Part shown: positions 10,377-19,164 of the stretch, piece by piece
Layout: each line of letters starts with the position of its first letter
Numbering within the stretch: the first letter of the stretch is position 1
IMG/VR virus record: IMGVR_UViG_3300037760_000080
Coordinates: 1-48,780 of that record
Direction: 5' to 3' (one strand)
From: a virus
Lineage: Duplodnaviria > Caudoviricetes
Length of the DNA: 48,780 bases
The notes under the pieces: model-generated
What the model saw: only the letters and a program-made list of their open reading frames with translations
The model's database searches: none
Told to the model about the DNA's origin: nothing
Translations under genes and position numbers: made by a program

Positions 10377-10987
10377 CGCTCGCGTCGATCGTCACCCCCA
10401 CCATCCCGGGCCGCGAACACCTGCTGCTCGACCGGTGTGTTTCGTCGGTGCGGGCGCAGACGTGGCCCGAAGTCGAACACGTCATCGTGTCCGACCGCAA
10501 CCCCGGATTGGCCGAAAAGATGGCCGGTTTGCCAGGCGTCCGGTTTGCTGAGATCAACGAGACGTGGCGGGATGGCCGCGAGCACAGCACTGGCGCCTAT
10601 CCGTGGCAGTTCGGGTCGGTGTTGGCGCTCGGCGAGTTCGTCGGGTTCCTCGGCGACGACGACGAGCTGCTGCCGGATCACGTGGAGCGTCATGTAGCCG
10701 CGATGGTCGAGACAGGTGCCGATTTCACGATCTCCCCGGTGCAATTCCGAGTAGGCGGCGAAGGCCGGTTCATCATCGGCGATGCCACATTTGCACATGG
10801 TCACCTCGACTCGGACGGGATCATGTGCCGGGTGGCGACGCTACGGACGGCCACGTGGAGGCCGGATCACATAAAGAACGCCGCCGATGCCCAACTGGTC
10901 CAGGACTGGCTGGTCGCCGGGCTGCGAGGGCATTTCATCGGCGGCGAACCGACCGCTATCCACCACGACGGCTGGGCAGCCAGGTAA
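10373..10987 (+). CDS. glycosyltransferase family 2
   Basis: SIVTPT, SVRAQTW, EHVIVSD, GEFVGFLGDDD. Confidence 0.85.
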   Translation: MTLASIVTPTIPGREHLLLDRCVSSVRAQTWPEVEHVIVSDRNPGLAEKMAGLPGVRFAEINETWRDGREHSTGAYPWQFGSVLALGEFVGFLGDDDELLPDHVERHVAAMVETGADFTISPVQFRVGGEGRFIIGDATFAHGHLDSDGIMCRVATLRTATWRPDHIKNAADAQLVQDWLVAGLRGHFIGGEPTAIHHDGWAAR

Positions 10988-10998
10988 GGGGAACGACC

Positions 10999-11631
10999 AT
11001 GCCGAACCTGTACGCCACCGCCGATGAACTCAAGGCCCGATTCGGCATCCCCGACAGTCTTGAGGACACCCTGGTCGACTCGGCGCTGGACTCGGCGTCC
11101 CGGGCCATCGACCAACACTGCCAGCGCATCTTCTACATCACCGGCTCCACCACGGCCACCTTCGTGGCCAAAGACCGATACTGCCTGCGCCCGGCCGACA
11201 CCGACGTGTGGGTCGGCGACATCGTCACGGTCACCAGCCTGAAAACCGACGTCTCCGGCGATGGGACCTTCGAAACGACCTGGGCGGCGACGGACTACCA
11301 GCTGTGGCCGGTGAACGCGGCCACCGGTCCGGAGTCGCGGCCCTACACCGAGGTCCGCGCCGTCGGTACTCAAACGTTCCCCGTGCCGTACGCCTACTCG
11401 CAGCAGCGGATGAACCGGGTGCAGATCGTCGGCACGTTCGGCTGGCCCACCGCCGCCCCGTCGGCGGTTAAGGAAGCCTGCCTGATGCTGTCTGCCGAGT
11501 TGTTCAAACTCAAGGACGCCCCGTTCGGGATCGCCGGGTGGAGCGAGTTCGGTGCTGTGCGGATTCGCGAGAACCCGAAGGTCGCCAGGATGCTGATGCC
11601 GTATCAGCGCTATCCAGTGTTGGTGGCGTAG
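10999..11631 (+). CDS. head-to-tail adaptor
   Basis: YATADELKARFG, ASRAIDQHC, FGWPTAAPSAVKEACL. Confidence 0.85.
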   Translation: MPNLYATADELKARFGIPDSLEDTLVDSALDSASRAIDQHCQRIFYITGSTTATFVAKDRYCLRPADTDVWVGDIVTVTSLKTDVSGDGTFETTWAATDYQLWPVNAATGPESRPYTEVRAVGTQTFPVPYAYSQQRMNRVQIVGTFGWPTAAPSAVKEACLMLSAELFKLKDAPFGIAGWSEFGAVRIRENPKVARMLMPYQRYPVLVA

Positions 11632-12042
11632 ATGGCCACCATGCAGGAGATCCGCGAGGGCATCGACGACCGCCTCGCCACCATCGCCGGCCTACGGCAT
11701 TCAGCGAATGTTCCGAAGAGTCCTAATCCCGCTCCCGAGGGCGGACATGCGTACGTCAAGCGCCGTACAACGACGTTCGGTGTATCCATGGATGGCGAGG
11801 ACGATGTGACGTTCGCTGTCACAGTAGTGGTGTCCTGGGCCGAACAAGAAAAAGCTCAGGTAGCTCTCGATCAATATCTGGCGTCCACCGGTGCGAAGTC
11901 CATCAAGGCCGCCATCGACGCCGACCCGACGCTCGGCGGGATTGTCGACTACGCGCACGCCACCCAAGTTGAGGATGAGCGGATCACCGTGTTCGGCGGT
12001 GTCGAATACCTAGCCACCGACATCGTGGTCGAGGTGGGCTGA
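11632..12042 (+). CDS. tail terminator / head-tail connector
   Basis: Position; IREGIDDRLATIAGL and SIKAAIDADPTLGG motifs. Confidence 0.7.
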   Translation: MATMQEIREGIDDRLATIAGLRHSANVPKSPNPAPEGGHAYVKRRTTTFGVSMDGEDDVTFAVTVVVSWAEQEKAQVALDQYLASTGAKSIKAAIDADPTLGGIVDYAHATQVEDERITVFGGVEYLATDIVVEVG

Positions 12043-13067
12043 TGCGCTGGGTGGTGTGCCATCCCGGCCCCGCGTTCAGCGTTCACGATGTCTACGCCGG
12101 CTGGGTTGAAGCTCTCACCGAGTTCGGCCAGCAAGTGCAGATATTCAACCTGGAGGACCGGCTCACCTTCTACGACTCGGCCTACCTCAACGTCGCCGAG
12201 GGCCAGTTCCGCAAGGCGGTACCCTCAGACAAGGCCATCGAGATGGCCGTGTACGGACTGTACGCCCCGCTGTACCGGTTCCGGCCACACGTGCTGCTCA
12301 TCGTCTCGGCGTTCCTTATCCCGACCGAACTGATGGACATCGCCCGCAGCTACGGCACCAAGGTCGTCGTCCTGCACACCGAAGCCCCGTACGAGGACAC
12401 CCGCCAACTCGAGGTGGCCGCACACGCCGACCTGAACCTGCTCAACGACCCGGTCAACATCGACCGGTACCGCGAGCTCGCCCCGACTGAGTACGTGCCC
12501 CACGCCTACCGTCCGAAGCTGCATCGTCCCGGCGCTGTGGACAAGGACCTGGCTGCGGACCTGGCATTCGTCGGCACCGGATTCGAGTCGCGGATCAAGT
12601 TCTTCGAGACCATGGACCTGGACGGGCTGGATGTGCTGCTGGCCGGCAACTGGCAACGGCTCACCGAGGACTCGCCGCTGCGTAAGTACGTGGCCCATGA
12701 CATCAAGGAATGCCTCGACAATACCGAGGGCGTACGGATCTATCGGTCGGCCAAGCTCGGGCTGAACCTGTACCGCCGCGAGGCTGAGGACGGCGACTCG
12801 CACGCCGGCTGGGCGATGGGGCCGCGTGAAGTCGAGATGGCCGCGATTGGATTGCCGTTCCTGCGTGACCCGCGCGGCGAGGGCGACGAGGTGCTGCCGA
12901 TGCTGCCCCGGTTCGACTCGCCGGCCGAGGCATCCGAGCTCGCCCGCTGGTGGGGTAAACACGATGGACTTCGGGCCGAGGCCGCACGGCAGGCCCGGGA
13001 AGCGGTCGCAGACCGCACGTTCGCAACGAATGCAGCACGTCTGCTGCGACTGCTAGAGAAGGAGTGA
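12042..13067 (+). CDS. GT-B glycosyltransferase (CgeB/Glyco_trans_1_2-like)
   Basis: HTEAPYED, DLAFVGT...SRIKFF, IYRSAKLGLNL, PREVEMAAIG. Confidence 0.8.
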   Translation: MRWVVCHPGPAFSVHDVYAGWVEALTEFGQQVQIFNLEDRLTFYDSAYLNVAEGQFRKAVPSDKAIEMAVYGLYAPLYRFRPHVLLIVSAFLIPTELMDIARSYGTKVVVLHTEAPYEDTRQLEVAAHADLNLLNDPVNIDRYRELAPTEYVPHAYRPKLHRPGAVDKDLAADLAFVGTGFESRIKFFETMDLDGLDVLLAGNWQRLTEDSPLRKYVAHDIKECLDNTEGVRIYRSAKLGLNLYRREAEDGDSHAGWAMGPREVEMAAIGLPFLRDPRGEGDEVLPMLPRFDSPAEASELARWWGKHDGLRAEAARQAREAVADRTFATNAARLLRLLEKE

Positions 13068-13070
13068 ACC

Positions 13071-13469
13071 GTGGCCAGATTGCATGGGCGACAGGGCAGG
13101 GTGTATCTGGCGCTGACGTCCGGTGGCACCGCCGAGCCGGTGGCCTACCTGAACAGCTGGAGCATCAACTTCGCCACCGAGAAGGCCGACGTGACCGCCT
13201 TCGGCGATGCCAACAAGTCCTATGTCGCCGGTCTGCCTGACGCGTCCGGAGACTTCTCCGGATTCTACGACAACGCCACCGTGCAGACCTACACGGCGGC
13301 GCTGGACGGGCTGCCGCGTCGGTTCTACTTGTACCCGTCCACTAACGCCAACACGCAGTACTTCTTCGGTGAGGTCCTGCCGGACTTCAACGTCAGCGCG
13401 ACGGTGACCGGCTCGATCGACATCTCCTCATCCTGGAACGCTTCGGGGCCGATCCAGAAGGTCGGCTGA
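13071..13469 (+). CDS. major tail (tube) protein
   Basis: DVTAFGDANKSYVAGLPDASGDFSGFYD motif; position. Confidence 0.85.
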   Translation: MARLHGRQGRVYLALTSGGTAEPVAYLNSWSINFATEKADVTAFGDANKSYVAGLPDASGDFSGFYDNATVQTYTAALDGLPRRFYLYPSTNANTQYFFGEVLPDFNVSATVTGSIDISSSWNASGPIQKVG

Positions 13470-14060
13470 GTGCGCCAGTGTCGGATCTGCGGCGAGGAAC
13501 TACCGCTCGACAAGTTCTACCGCGACCGCTCATCGCCGGGCGGGTTTCGCACCGCGTGCAAGTCGTGCCATATCGTGGACGTTCTGCGTCGACAGCGTGA
13601 GAAGGCTGACGAGTACGCGGCGTACCAAGCTGCCTATCGCGCTGCGCATCGTGAGGAAGCGAAACAGACGACCGCTCGCTATCGCGCCGCGAATCCCGAG
13701 CATATTCGGGCCACGCAGGACCAGTATCGTGCGCGCCCGGAGAATCGGGCGACGGCTCGTACGCGAGCGCAGACGTTCCGTCTTGCGAATCCTGAGAGAC
13801 GGGCTGAGTACGAACGTCGCCGCCGAGCAGCCAAGACTGCGGTAGTTATCGGATTCGTTACCGCTGACCGCCTCGCCGCCAAGGTTGCATATTGGGCGAA
13901 CCGCTGTTGGATCTGCTTCGGAGAATGGGATCAGTTCGATCACGTGAAGCCGCTATCGAAGGGCGGGGCACATATCTTGGCCAACTTGCGACCCGTATGC
14001 GGTGACTGCAATCGCCGCAAAAGCAACAAGTGGCCGTTTGCGCTCAAGGAGGTCGGCTAG
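13470..14060 (+). CDS. HNH homing endonuclease
   Basis: N-terminal CxxC...CKSC; C-terminal CWIC...DHVKPLSKGGAHILANLRPVCGDCNRRK. Confidence 0.9.
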   Translation: MRQCRICGEELPLDKFYRDRSSPGGFRTACKSCHIVDVLRRQREKADEYAAYQAAYRAAHREEAKQTTARYRAANPEHIRATQDQYRARPENRATARTRAQTFRLANPERRAEYERRRRAAKTAVVIGFVTADRLAAKVAYWANRCWICFGEWDQFDHVKPLSKGGAHILANLRPVCGDCNRRKSNKWPFALKEVG

Positions 14061-14522
14061 ATGGTCGTTGAGGTCCGGGTCGTCGACACTGAGGACTTCG
14101 TCGCCCTGTCTCGTGCGCTGCGTAAGGTCGGGTCTCGGGAGCTCAAGAGCGAGCTCACGAGGGGCATCACGGCTGCATCGAAGCCATTGAAGCAGGCGGC
14201 GAAGGATTCCGCTCGTTCGATTCTGCCGTCTCGCGGCGGGTTGGGCCGTCGGGTGGCGCGTACATCCCTTCCGCACAAGCGTCGCACCACCGGCGGCCAT
14301 GCGGGCATCCGCATCGAGGCCAAGTCGAACGCGGTGGCCGATCCATACCGGATCGACCGGGGACGGGTGGCGCACCCGGTGTTCGGTCGTGGCCCCATCG
14401 TGTTTCAGAACGTGCCGAAGGGCTGGTTCACCGAGCCGATGGAGGCCGGCGGACCGGCGGTTCGCAAGGAACTGCTGACCGTGCTGGAACGGGTTGCCAA
14501 CAAGCTGGCGAGGTCGATTTGA
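14061..14522 (+). CDS. HK97 gp10-like neck/tail-completion protein
   Basis: Basic protein; IDRGRVAHPVFG, PKGWFTEPM. Confidence 0.7.
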   Translation: MVVEVRVVDTEDFVALSRALRKVGSRELKSELTRGITAASKPLKQAAKDSARSILPSRGGLGRRVARTSLPHKRRTTGGHAGIRIEAKSNAVADPYRIDRGRVAHPVFGRGPIVFQNVPKGWFTEPMEAGGPAVRKELLTVLERVANKLARSI

Positions 14523-14842
14523 ACAAGATCAAGGTCGTCTACCTAGACGGTTCTGAGCAGGAGACGGCGGCCGGTGCTCGTGCTGAGGTAGAGTTCGAGC
14601 GCAAGTTCGAGATGGCGTTCGCCGATGCGTTCCATCCCCGTGTGAAAGGGGAGCCGCGGGGCCGGCAGGAGTGGCTTTACTACCTGACCTGGATCAGTTT
14701 GAAGCTCGGCGGAGTTGTCGGCGAGGAAGAGTTCGAGAAGTGGCTGGACCGTGTTGATGACATCACGGTGCTGGGTGGCGCGGCCGAGGACCCTACCAGC
14801 CGGGATCGACGACCCGCGAAATTGTCGAACTCAGCGTCTTGA
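14519..14842 (+). CDS. tail assembly chaperone (G)
   Basis: Upstream of tape measure; VEFERKF; ends near E-D-P-T candidate slip site. Confidence 0.75.
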   Translation: MNKIKVVYLDGSEQETAAGARAEVEFERKFEMAFADAFHPRVKGEPRGRQEWLYYLTWISLKLGGVVGEEEFEKWLDRVDDITVLGGAAEDPTSRDRRPAKLSNSAS

Positions 14843-14928
14843 CACGTATCCCGTTCGACGCGCTGCTGGCAATGGATGAACGGCTGCTCGCAACTTACTT
14901 GGATGTGATGCGTGAGCGCGGCGGTTAG
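14791..14928 (+). CDS. tail assembly chaperone -1 frameshift extension (GT)
   Basis: -1 frame from GAC CCT is open to TAG 14926-28: PYQPGSTTREIVELSVLTRIPFDALLAMDERLLATYLDVMRERGG. Confidence 0.65.
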   Translation, partial: PYQPGSTTREIVELSVLTRIPFDALLAMDERLLATYLDVMRERGG

Positions 14929-15206
14929 AGATCGTCGCAGCCCAGCGCATGCCAGGCGTCATAGGCGGCCCATTTTTCTGCGTCCACGGCTGCCCACTGT
15001 GACCAGCTTCGATCATGCTCAGAAATGAGCTTCGAATAGATCTCGAAGTTGTCCTCTAATATGGCGCACTGCTCAGTGTCAACTGGCTGAGTGCCCGAGT
15101 CGTCCTTCCCAGCCAGCAGTCCGACGACGGCGATGGCGGCCAGTATGGCGGCAAGTAGTAACAGTTGCCGCGACAGCGACATCGTTTGGCGAGCCTTATT
15201 CATCAT
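14925..15206 (-). CDS. membrane-anchored/exported moron protein
   Basis: ATGA overlap with Arc-like gene; N-terminal TM LLLLAAILAAIAVVGLL; two Cys. Confidence 0.7.
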   Translation of the reverse strand: MMNKARQTMSLSRQLLLLAAILAAIAVVGLLAGKDDSGTQPVDTEQCAILEDNFEIYSKLISEHDRSWSQWAAVDAEKWAAYDAWHALGCDDL

Positions 15207-15340
15207 TGATCCTCTTCGCTGGATAGAGCCCGGTCGAGTAGCCACAGGATCTCAGCGTTCAGTGATCGCCGATCGTCTACGGCCTGTCGTTTCAGCAGTT
15301 CATAAGTCTTGTCAGGAATCCGGAGATTGAGCTGCTTCAT
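15203..15340 (-). CDS. Arc-family ribbon-helix-helix repressor
   Basis: MKQLNLRIPDKTYELLKRQAVDDRRSLNAEILWLL is a classic Arc pattern. Confidence 0.88.
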   Translation of the reverse strand: MKQLNLRIPDKTYELLKRQAVDDRRSLNAEILWLLDRALSSEEDQ

Positions 15341-15375
15341 GACTACATAGTAGCCCCAACGTGGCCCCGTGTCCA
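15341..15375 (-). promoter_or_regulatory. sigma70-type leaderless promoter of the Arc moron
   Basis: TGGACA-17 bp-TACTAT-6 bp-ATG; GGGGC direct repeats in the spacer. Confidence 0.7.
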
Positions 15376-15411
15376 TAGGGTCGAACGTCACTTGAGCCCC
15401 GGAGGTGAGCC

Positions 15412-17307
15412 ATGCCCGCGCTCAACTTCGACATCATTGCCCGCGATAAGGCGAGCAAGATTTTCGACCAGATCGGGGCCAAGTCGCAGAAGACTGAGGC
15501 GGATCTGGCCAAGGTCGGCTCCAAATCCGGTGCGGTGTTCGGCAAAATCACCGCCGGTGTCGCCGGCGTGGTAACTGGCTGGCAGGCGTGGGACAAGGTC
15601 ATGGTGGCCGGGTTCGATCGGTTGGCCGACCTGGACAGCGCCCGTAAGCGGATGGACCAGATGGGCCTGTCCACATCCCAGGTCGACGGCATCATGGACG
15701 GACTGACCGACACCCTGACCGGCACGGCCTTCGCGTTGAACGAGGGCGCCTCGACGATGGCGCAGTTCATCTCGGCGGGTGTGGACGTTGACGAGGTGAA
15801 CAAGCGGCTGGAGATGACTGCGGATGTCGCAGCGTTCGCCCAGGCGCCGTTGTCGGAGATCGGCGACATCTTCACCCGCATCCAGTCTGAGGGGCGGCTG
15901 ACCGGCGAGACGTTGAACATGCTGCAGATCCGGGGGGTACCTGCGCTCGAGTTGTTGGCGGACGCGGCCGGCGTGACCGCTGAGCAGATGCGCGACATGA
16001 TCTCGAAGGGCACCGTTGACGCCGATAACTTCTTCGCGTTGTGGGAGACCGGCGCTCAGGGCTTCGGTGACAACAACATCAAGATGGCGGGTGCCGCCCA
16101 GAGTATGGGCGACACGATCAGTGGCAGTTTGGCGAACGCGCAAACGGCGCTGGCGCGGGTGGGCGCGGAACTCCTTGAGCGTTTTGTCCCCGCGATCGAG
16201 GGCGCAGCGGTCAGCACCAAGGACGTGGCCGATCGGATCATCGACGCGAGCAATGCGCTGGATGACTTCAACGCCAAGACCGTCGAGACCGTCGAGAAGG
16301 TCGCCGGCCAGGAGCTCGACAAGGGGTTCTTCAGCGAGACCATGTGGAATACGGTCACATTCGGGTTGTACGGCGTCGTCACCTCGTTCAAGGATCTCGT
16401 CACTGGCTCGGATGATGCGACCGAAGCGACCGGGTTCTTCGGCGACCAGGCCGACCGGGTGCGCGGTGTGATCGAAGGACTCATCCCGGCCGCTCAAGGC
16501 ACTGCCGACGCACTGGGCGCGACCGCATCCCAGGCTCAGATTGCGAACGAGACGCTCGGCGCCTACCTGGCCACCGTCGAGCGCGCGACCAACCCGGTGC
16601 TTGCGCTCAGCGGTGCCCTGGAGGACGTGGACGCCGCTCAGGCGGCTTACACCGAGTCGGTGGCCGAGTACGGGGAGAAGTCCCCGGAGGCCGAGAGCGC
16701 GGCGCTGAAACTCGCTGGGGCCGTCTCCAAGGCCGAGGCCGCGGCCATCAACGGCGACCTGTCGTTCGACGCGTTCGAGGGCAAATTGCGCCAATGGGTC
16801 GCTCAAGGTGCGATCACTGCCGAGCAGGCCGAGACGATCCGCGGCCGAGTCGCGGACCTGCGCGGCGAGGCCGAGGACTTTGCCGGCACCTACAAGGTGA
16901 CGCTGGACCTGAAGACGCAGGGCTTGAACACCTGGATCAATGCCAAAGCATGGCTGGACTCGATCAAATCCAAGACCGTCACCATCACCGCCCACGCCCA
17001 GTTGCCGGCCGGCGTGACCACCCGACAGATCATGGAAGGCCGCCAGCACGGTGGCCCGGTGAAGGCCGGCGATCCGTACATCGTCGGTGAGTCTGGACGT
17101 GAGCTGTTCATCCCCGACCGGGCCGGGGTGATCGTGTCGAACAAGGACACCAAGGCGTTAACGGGATCACGGGGGGGAGCCACCGGCGGCGGCATGGATT
17201 CCCGCCAGTTCGCCCGCGATTTCGTCAACGAGATGCAACGTCGCGGCATGGTCATGCCGCGCACCGAGATCGCCCGCCGTGCCGATCTGATTGGGAGGGC
17301 CGGCTAG
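15412..17307 (+). CDS. tape measure protein
   Basis: LNFDIIARDKAS N-terminus; tape-measure domain; C-terminal RQHGGPVKAGDPYIVGESGRELFIP. Confidence 0.93.
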   Translation: MPALNFDIIARDKASKIFDQIGAKSQKTEADLAKVGSKSGAVFGKITAGVAGVVTGWQAWDKVMVAGFDRLADLDSARKRMDQMGLSTSQVDGIMDGLTDTLTGTAFALNEGASTMAQFISAGVDVDEVNKRLEMTADVAAFAQAPLSEIGDIFTRIQSEGRLTGETLNMLQIRGVPALELLADAAGVTAEQMRDMISKGTVDADNFFALWETGAQGFGDNNIKMAGAAQSMGDTISGSLANAQTALARVGAELLERFVPAIEGAAVSTKDVADRIIDASNALDDFNAKTVETVEKVAGQELDKGFFSETMWNTVTFGLYGVVTSFKDLVTGSDDATEATGFFGDQADRVRGVIEGLIPAAQGTADALGATASQAQIANETLGAYLATVERATNPVLALSGALEDVDAAQAAYTESVAEYGEKSPEAESAALKLAGAVSKAEAAAINGDLSFDAFEGKLRQWVAQGAITAEQAETIRGRVADLRGEAEDFAGTYKVTLDLKTQGLNTWINAKAWLDSIKSKTVTITAHAQLPAGVTTRQIMEGRQHGGPVKAGDPYIVGESGRELFIPDRAGVIVSNKDTKALTGSRGGATGGGMDSRQFARDFVNEMQRRGMVMPRTEIARRADLIGRAG

Positions 17308-19164
17308 ATGGCGTCGAGCCTGAAGTTCGTCGACTCGATCGCCTCGAGCCCCACCACGCGGCTGGATCTGAACGACCGGACGACGTGGCGGCTGCACACC
17401 GAGGGCACCGCGTTCCCGCCGCCGCCGCTGGATCGGGCCGTCGCCTCGACGCTGCTGCAGGACGGCGCGGTGATCTCGTCGTCGGCGTACGGGTTGCGGA
17501 CCATCCAGTTGGAGTTGTCGGTGAACGCGACCAGCGCGGACGCGGTGGCCACCCAGTTGCAGACCTTGTATCGGGAGTTGAACCGGCCGAACAACTTCCT
17601 GCAGTGGCAGCAGGAGACGACGAACCCGGTGTTCTTCCGCACGTTTCGGACTTCGGCGGACGAGGTGCTGGACCTGGGGAAGATCGACGGCACGCGGAAG
17701 CTTCTGCAGGTCCAGATCGACGCCGAGCCTTTCGCCTACGGCCTGCTGGAGACCCCGGTGTCGGGTGTGACGGTGTCCACGGATCCCGCTGCGGCGATCA
17801 ATGGTTGTTTCGTGGACGTCGACTACGCGGTCCCGTCCAATGCGAATCCCTACTTCGAGACGAACGTCACCAACTGGACGCCGATCAACGGCCCGACGTT
17901 GACCCGGTCGACCGCGCAAGCCCATGAGGGCGTCGCGTCCATGCTGATAACCCCGGACGGGGTCGGCGCCGACCCGCGGGCACAGTCAGAAACGCTGGTG
18001 GTAACCGCTGGGCAGAGTTTGTTCGCGCAGGGATGGCTGCGGTCGCCAGGTACTCCTACAGTCGGGGTCACCATCCGCTGGTATTCCGACGCGGCCGGCT
18101 CGACGTTCATCTCCGAAAGCGGCACCCTCAGTGCCCTCACGGCGGATACCTGGACTTATTACAGCGTGACCGGGGTGGTGCCGGCGACGGCGATCCGGGC
18201 CAGGATCGCCCCCCGATATTCGGGTACTCCCGCTGCGGCTACGACGCTGTTTGTGGATGAGGCGATTGTCGGCCCTTCGCTCGGGATCAAGGGGGATGTG
18301 GAGTCCCCGGCGATCATCCGGTGGCCGTCGTCAGCGATCGCAGACGACCGGCAGGCACTGTTCGCGACGCGCCGTCGTGGCAACCCGTCGGCGGCGCCGT
18401 TCCCGTTCCAGGCCGAAGCGATGACGCAGGGCACGAACACCACAACCCAAGCCAACGACGCGAACTTCTCCGGGTCGGGTAACAACTGGAGCCGGTGCAC
18501 GTTCGGCACGGCGACGATGCAGACCCGGCTGTCGTTGTTGGACATCGGCACGGCGGGCGTGGATCTGCGCGGCACGTATCGGGTGTTCCTGCGGTACCGG
18601 CGGACCAGCGCCGACGCGATGAACCTGCGGCTGTTCTGGGGCGGCGACTGGCAGACGATCGGTAACGACACGGTTGCCGCTGAGGGGTCGACCAACGCTC
18701 TGGTGATGGCCAATCTCGGCCTGGTGAGCATCCCGGCCGGCGATGATCCGATGACCGATACCGACGGCACAGAGCTTCCGGTGTCCGACTCGTTCGTGCT
18801 GCGCCTGCAGGCTGAGCGGCTGTCCGGCACCGGAAACATGGACTTCGACTTCCTGTTGCTGGTGCCGGCGGATGACCGCTTCGCGACGGTGGGCTGGGAC
18901 GACGACTCATCATCGTGGACGGATCACTGGATTCTGGACGCGGACGGTACTAAGGCATCGGCGCGGGACGCGTCGGGAAATGTGATCAGTGCCGCAGCTC
19001 CGTTCATCACCAGCGGCCTGCCGATGTTGTCGCCGAACCAAACGACTCGGATCTACATGCTGCGGTCGGTGCGAGCCACGGACATTGCACCGCTGACCAC
19101 GGTGTCCCCGGTGTCCGTTTCGTATTATCCGCGCTATCTCACGGTAAGACCCGCGAGCACCTGA
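17308..19164 (+). CDS. distal tail protein with inserted carbohydrate-binding module
   Basis: Follows TMP; AEPFAYG; internal NANPYFETNVTNW...STAQAHEGVASM...WTYYSVTGVVPATA...FVDEA (CBM4/9-like). Confidence 0.75.
   Translation: MASSLKFVDSIASSPTTRLDLNDRTTWRLHTEGTAFPPPPLDRAVASTLLQDGAVISSSAYGLRTIQLELSVNATSADAVATQLQTLYRELNRPNNFLQWQQETTNPVFFRTFRTSADEVLDLGKIDGTRKLLQVQIDAEPFAYGLLETPVSGVTVSTDPAAAINGCFVDVDYAVPSNANPYFETNVTNWTPINGPTLTRSTAQAHEGVASMLITPDGVGADPRAQSETLVVTAGQSLFAQGWLRSPGTPTVGVTIRWYSDAAGSTFISESGTLSALTADTWTYYSVTGVVPATAIRARIAPRYSGTPAAATTLFVDEAIVGPSLGIKGDVESPAIIRWPSSAIADDRQALFATRRRGNPSAAPFPFQAEAMTQGTNTTTQANDANFSGSGNNWSRCTFGTATMQTRLSLLDIGTAGVDLRGTYRVFLRYRRTSADAMNLRLFWGGDWQTIGNDTVAAEGSTNALVMANLGLVSIPAGDDPMTDTDGTELPVSDSFVLRLQAERLSGTGNMDFDFLLLVPADDRFATVGWDDDSSSWTDHWILDADGTKASARDASGNVISAAAPFITSGLPMLSPNQTTRIYMLRSVRATDIAPLTTVSPVSVSYYPRYLTVRPAST

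Noticed and set aside
6810-13067. DNA hypermodification cluster
   Set aside because: No base hydroxymethylase, TET/JBP or phage DNA polymerase is present, and the late-operon position favours protein glycosylation. Not formally excluded.
129-17925. Long minus-strand ORFs such as 129..1040, 2179..3150, 5152..6147 and 15388..17049
   Set aside because: These are antisense shadows of well-supported high-GC genes, with no motifs or RBS.
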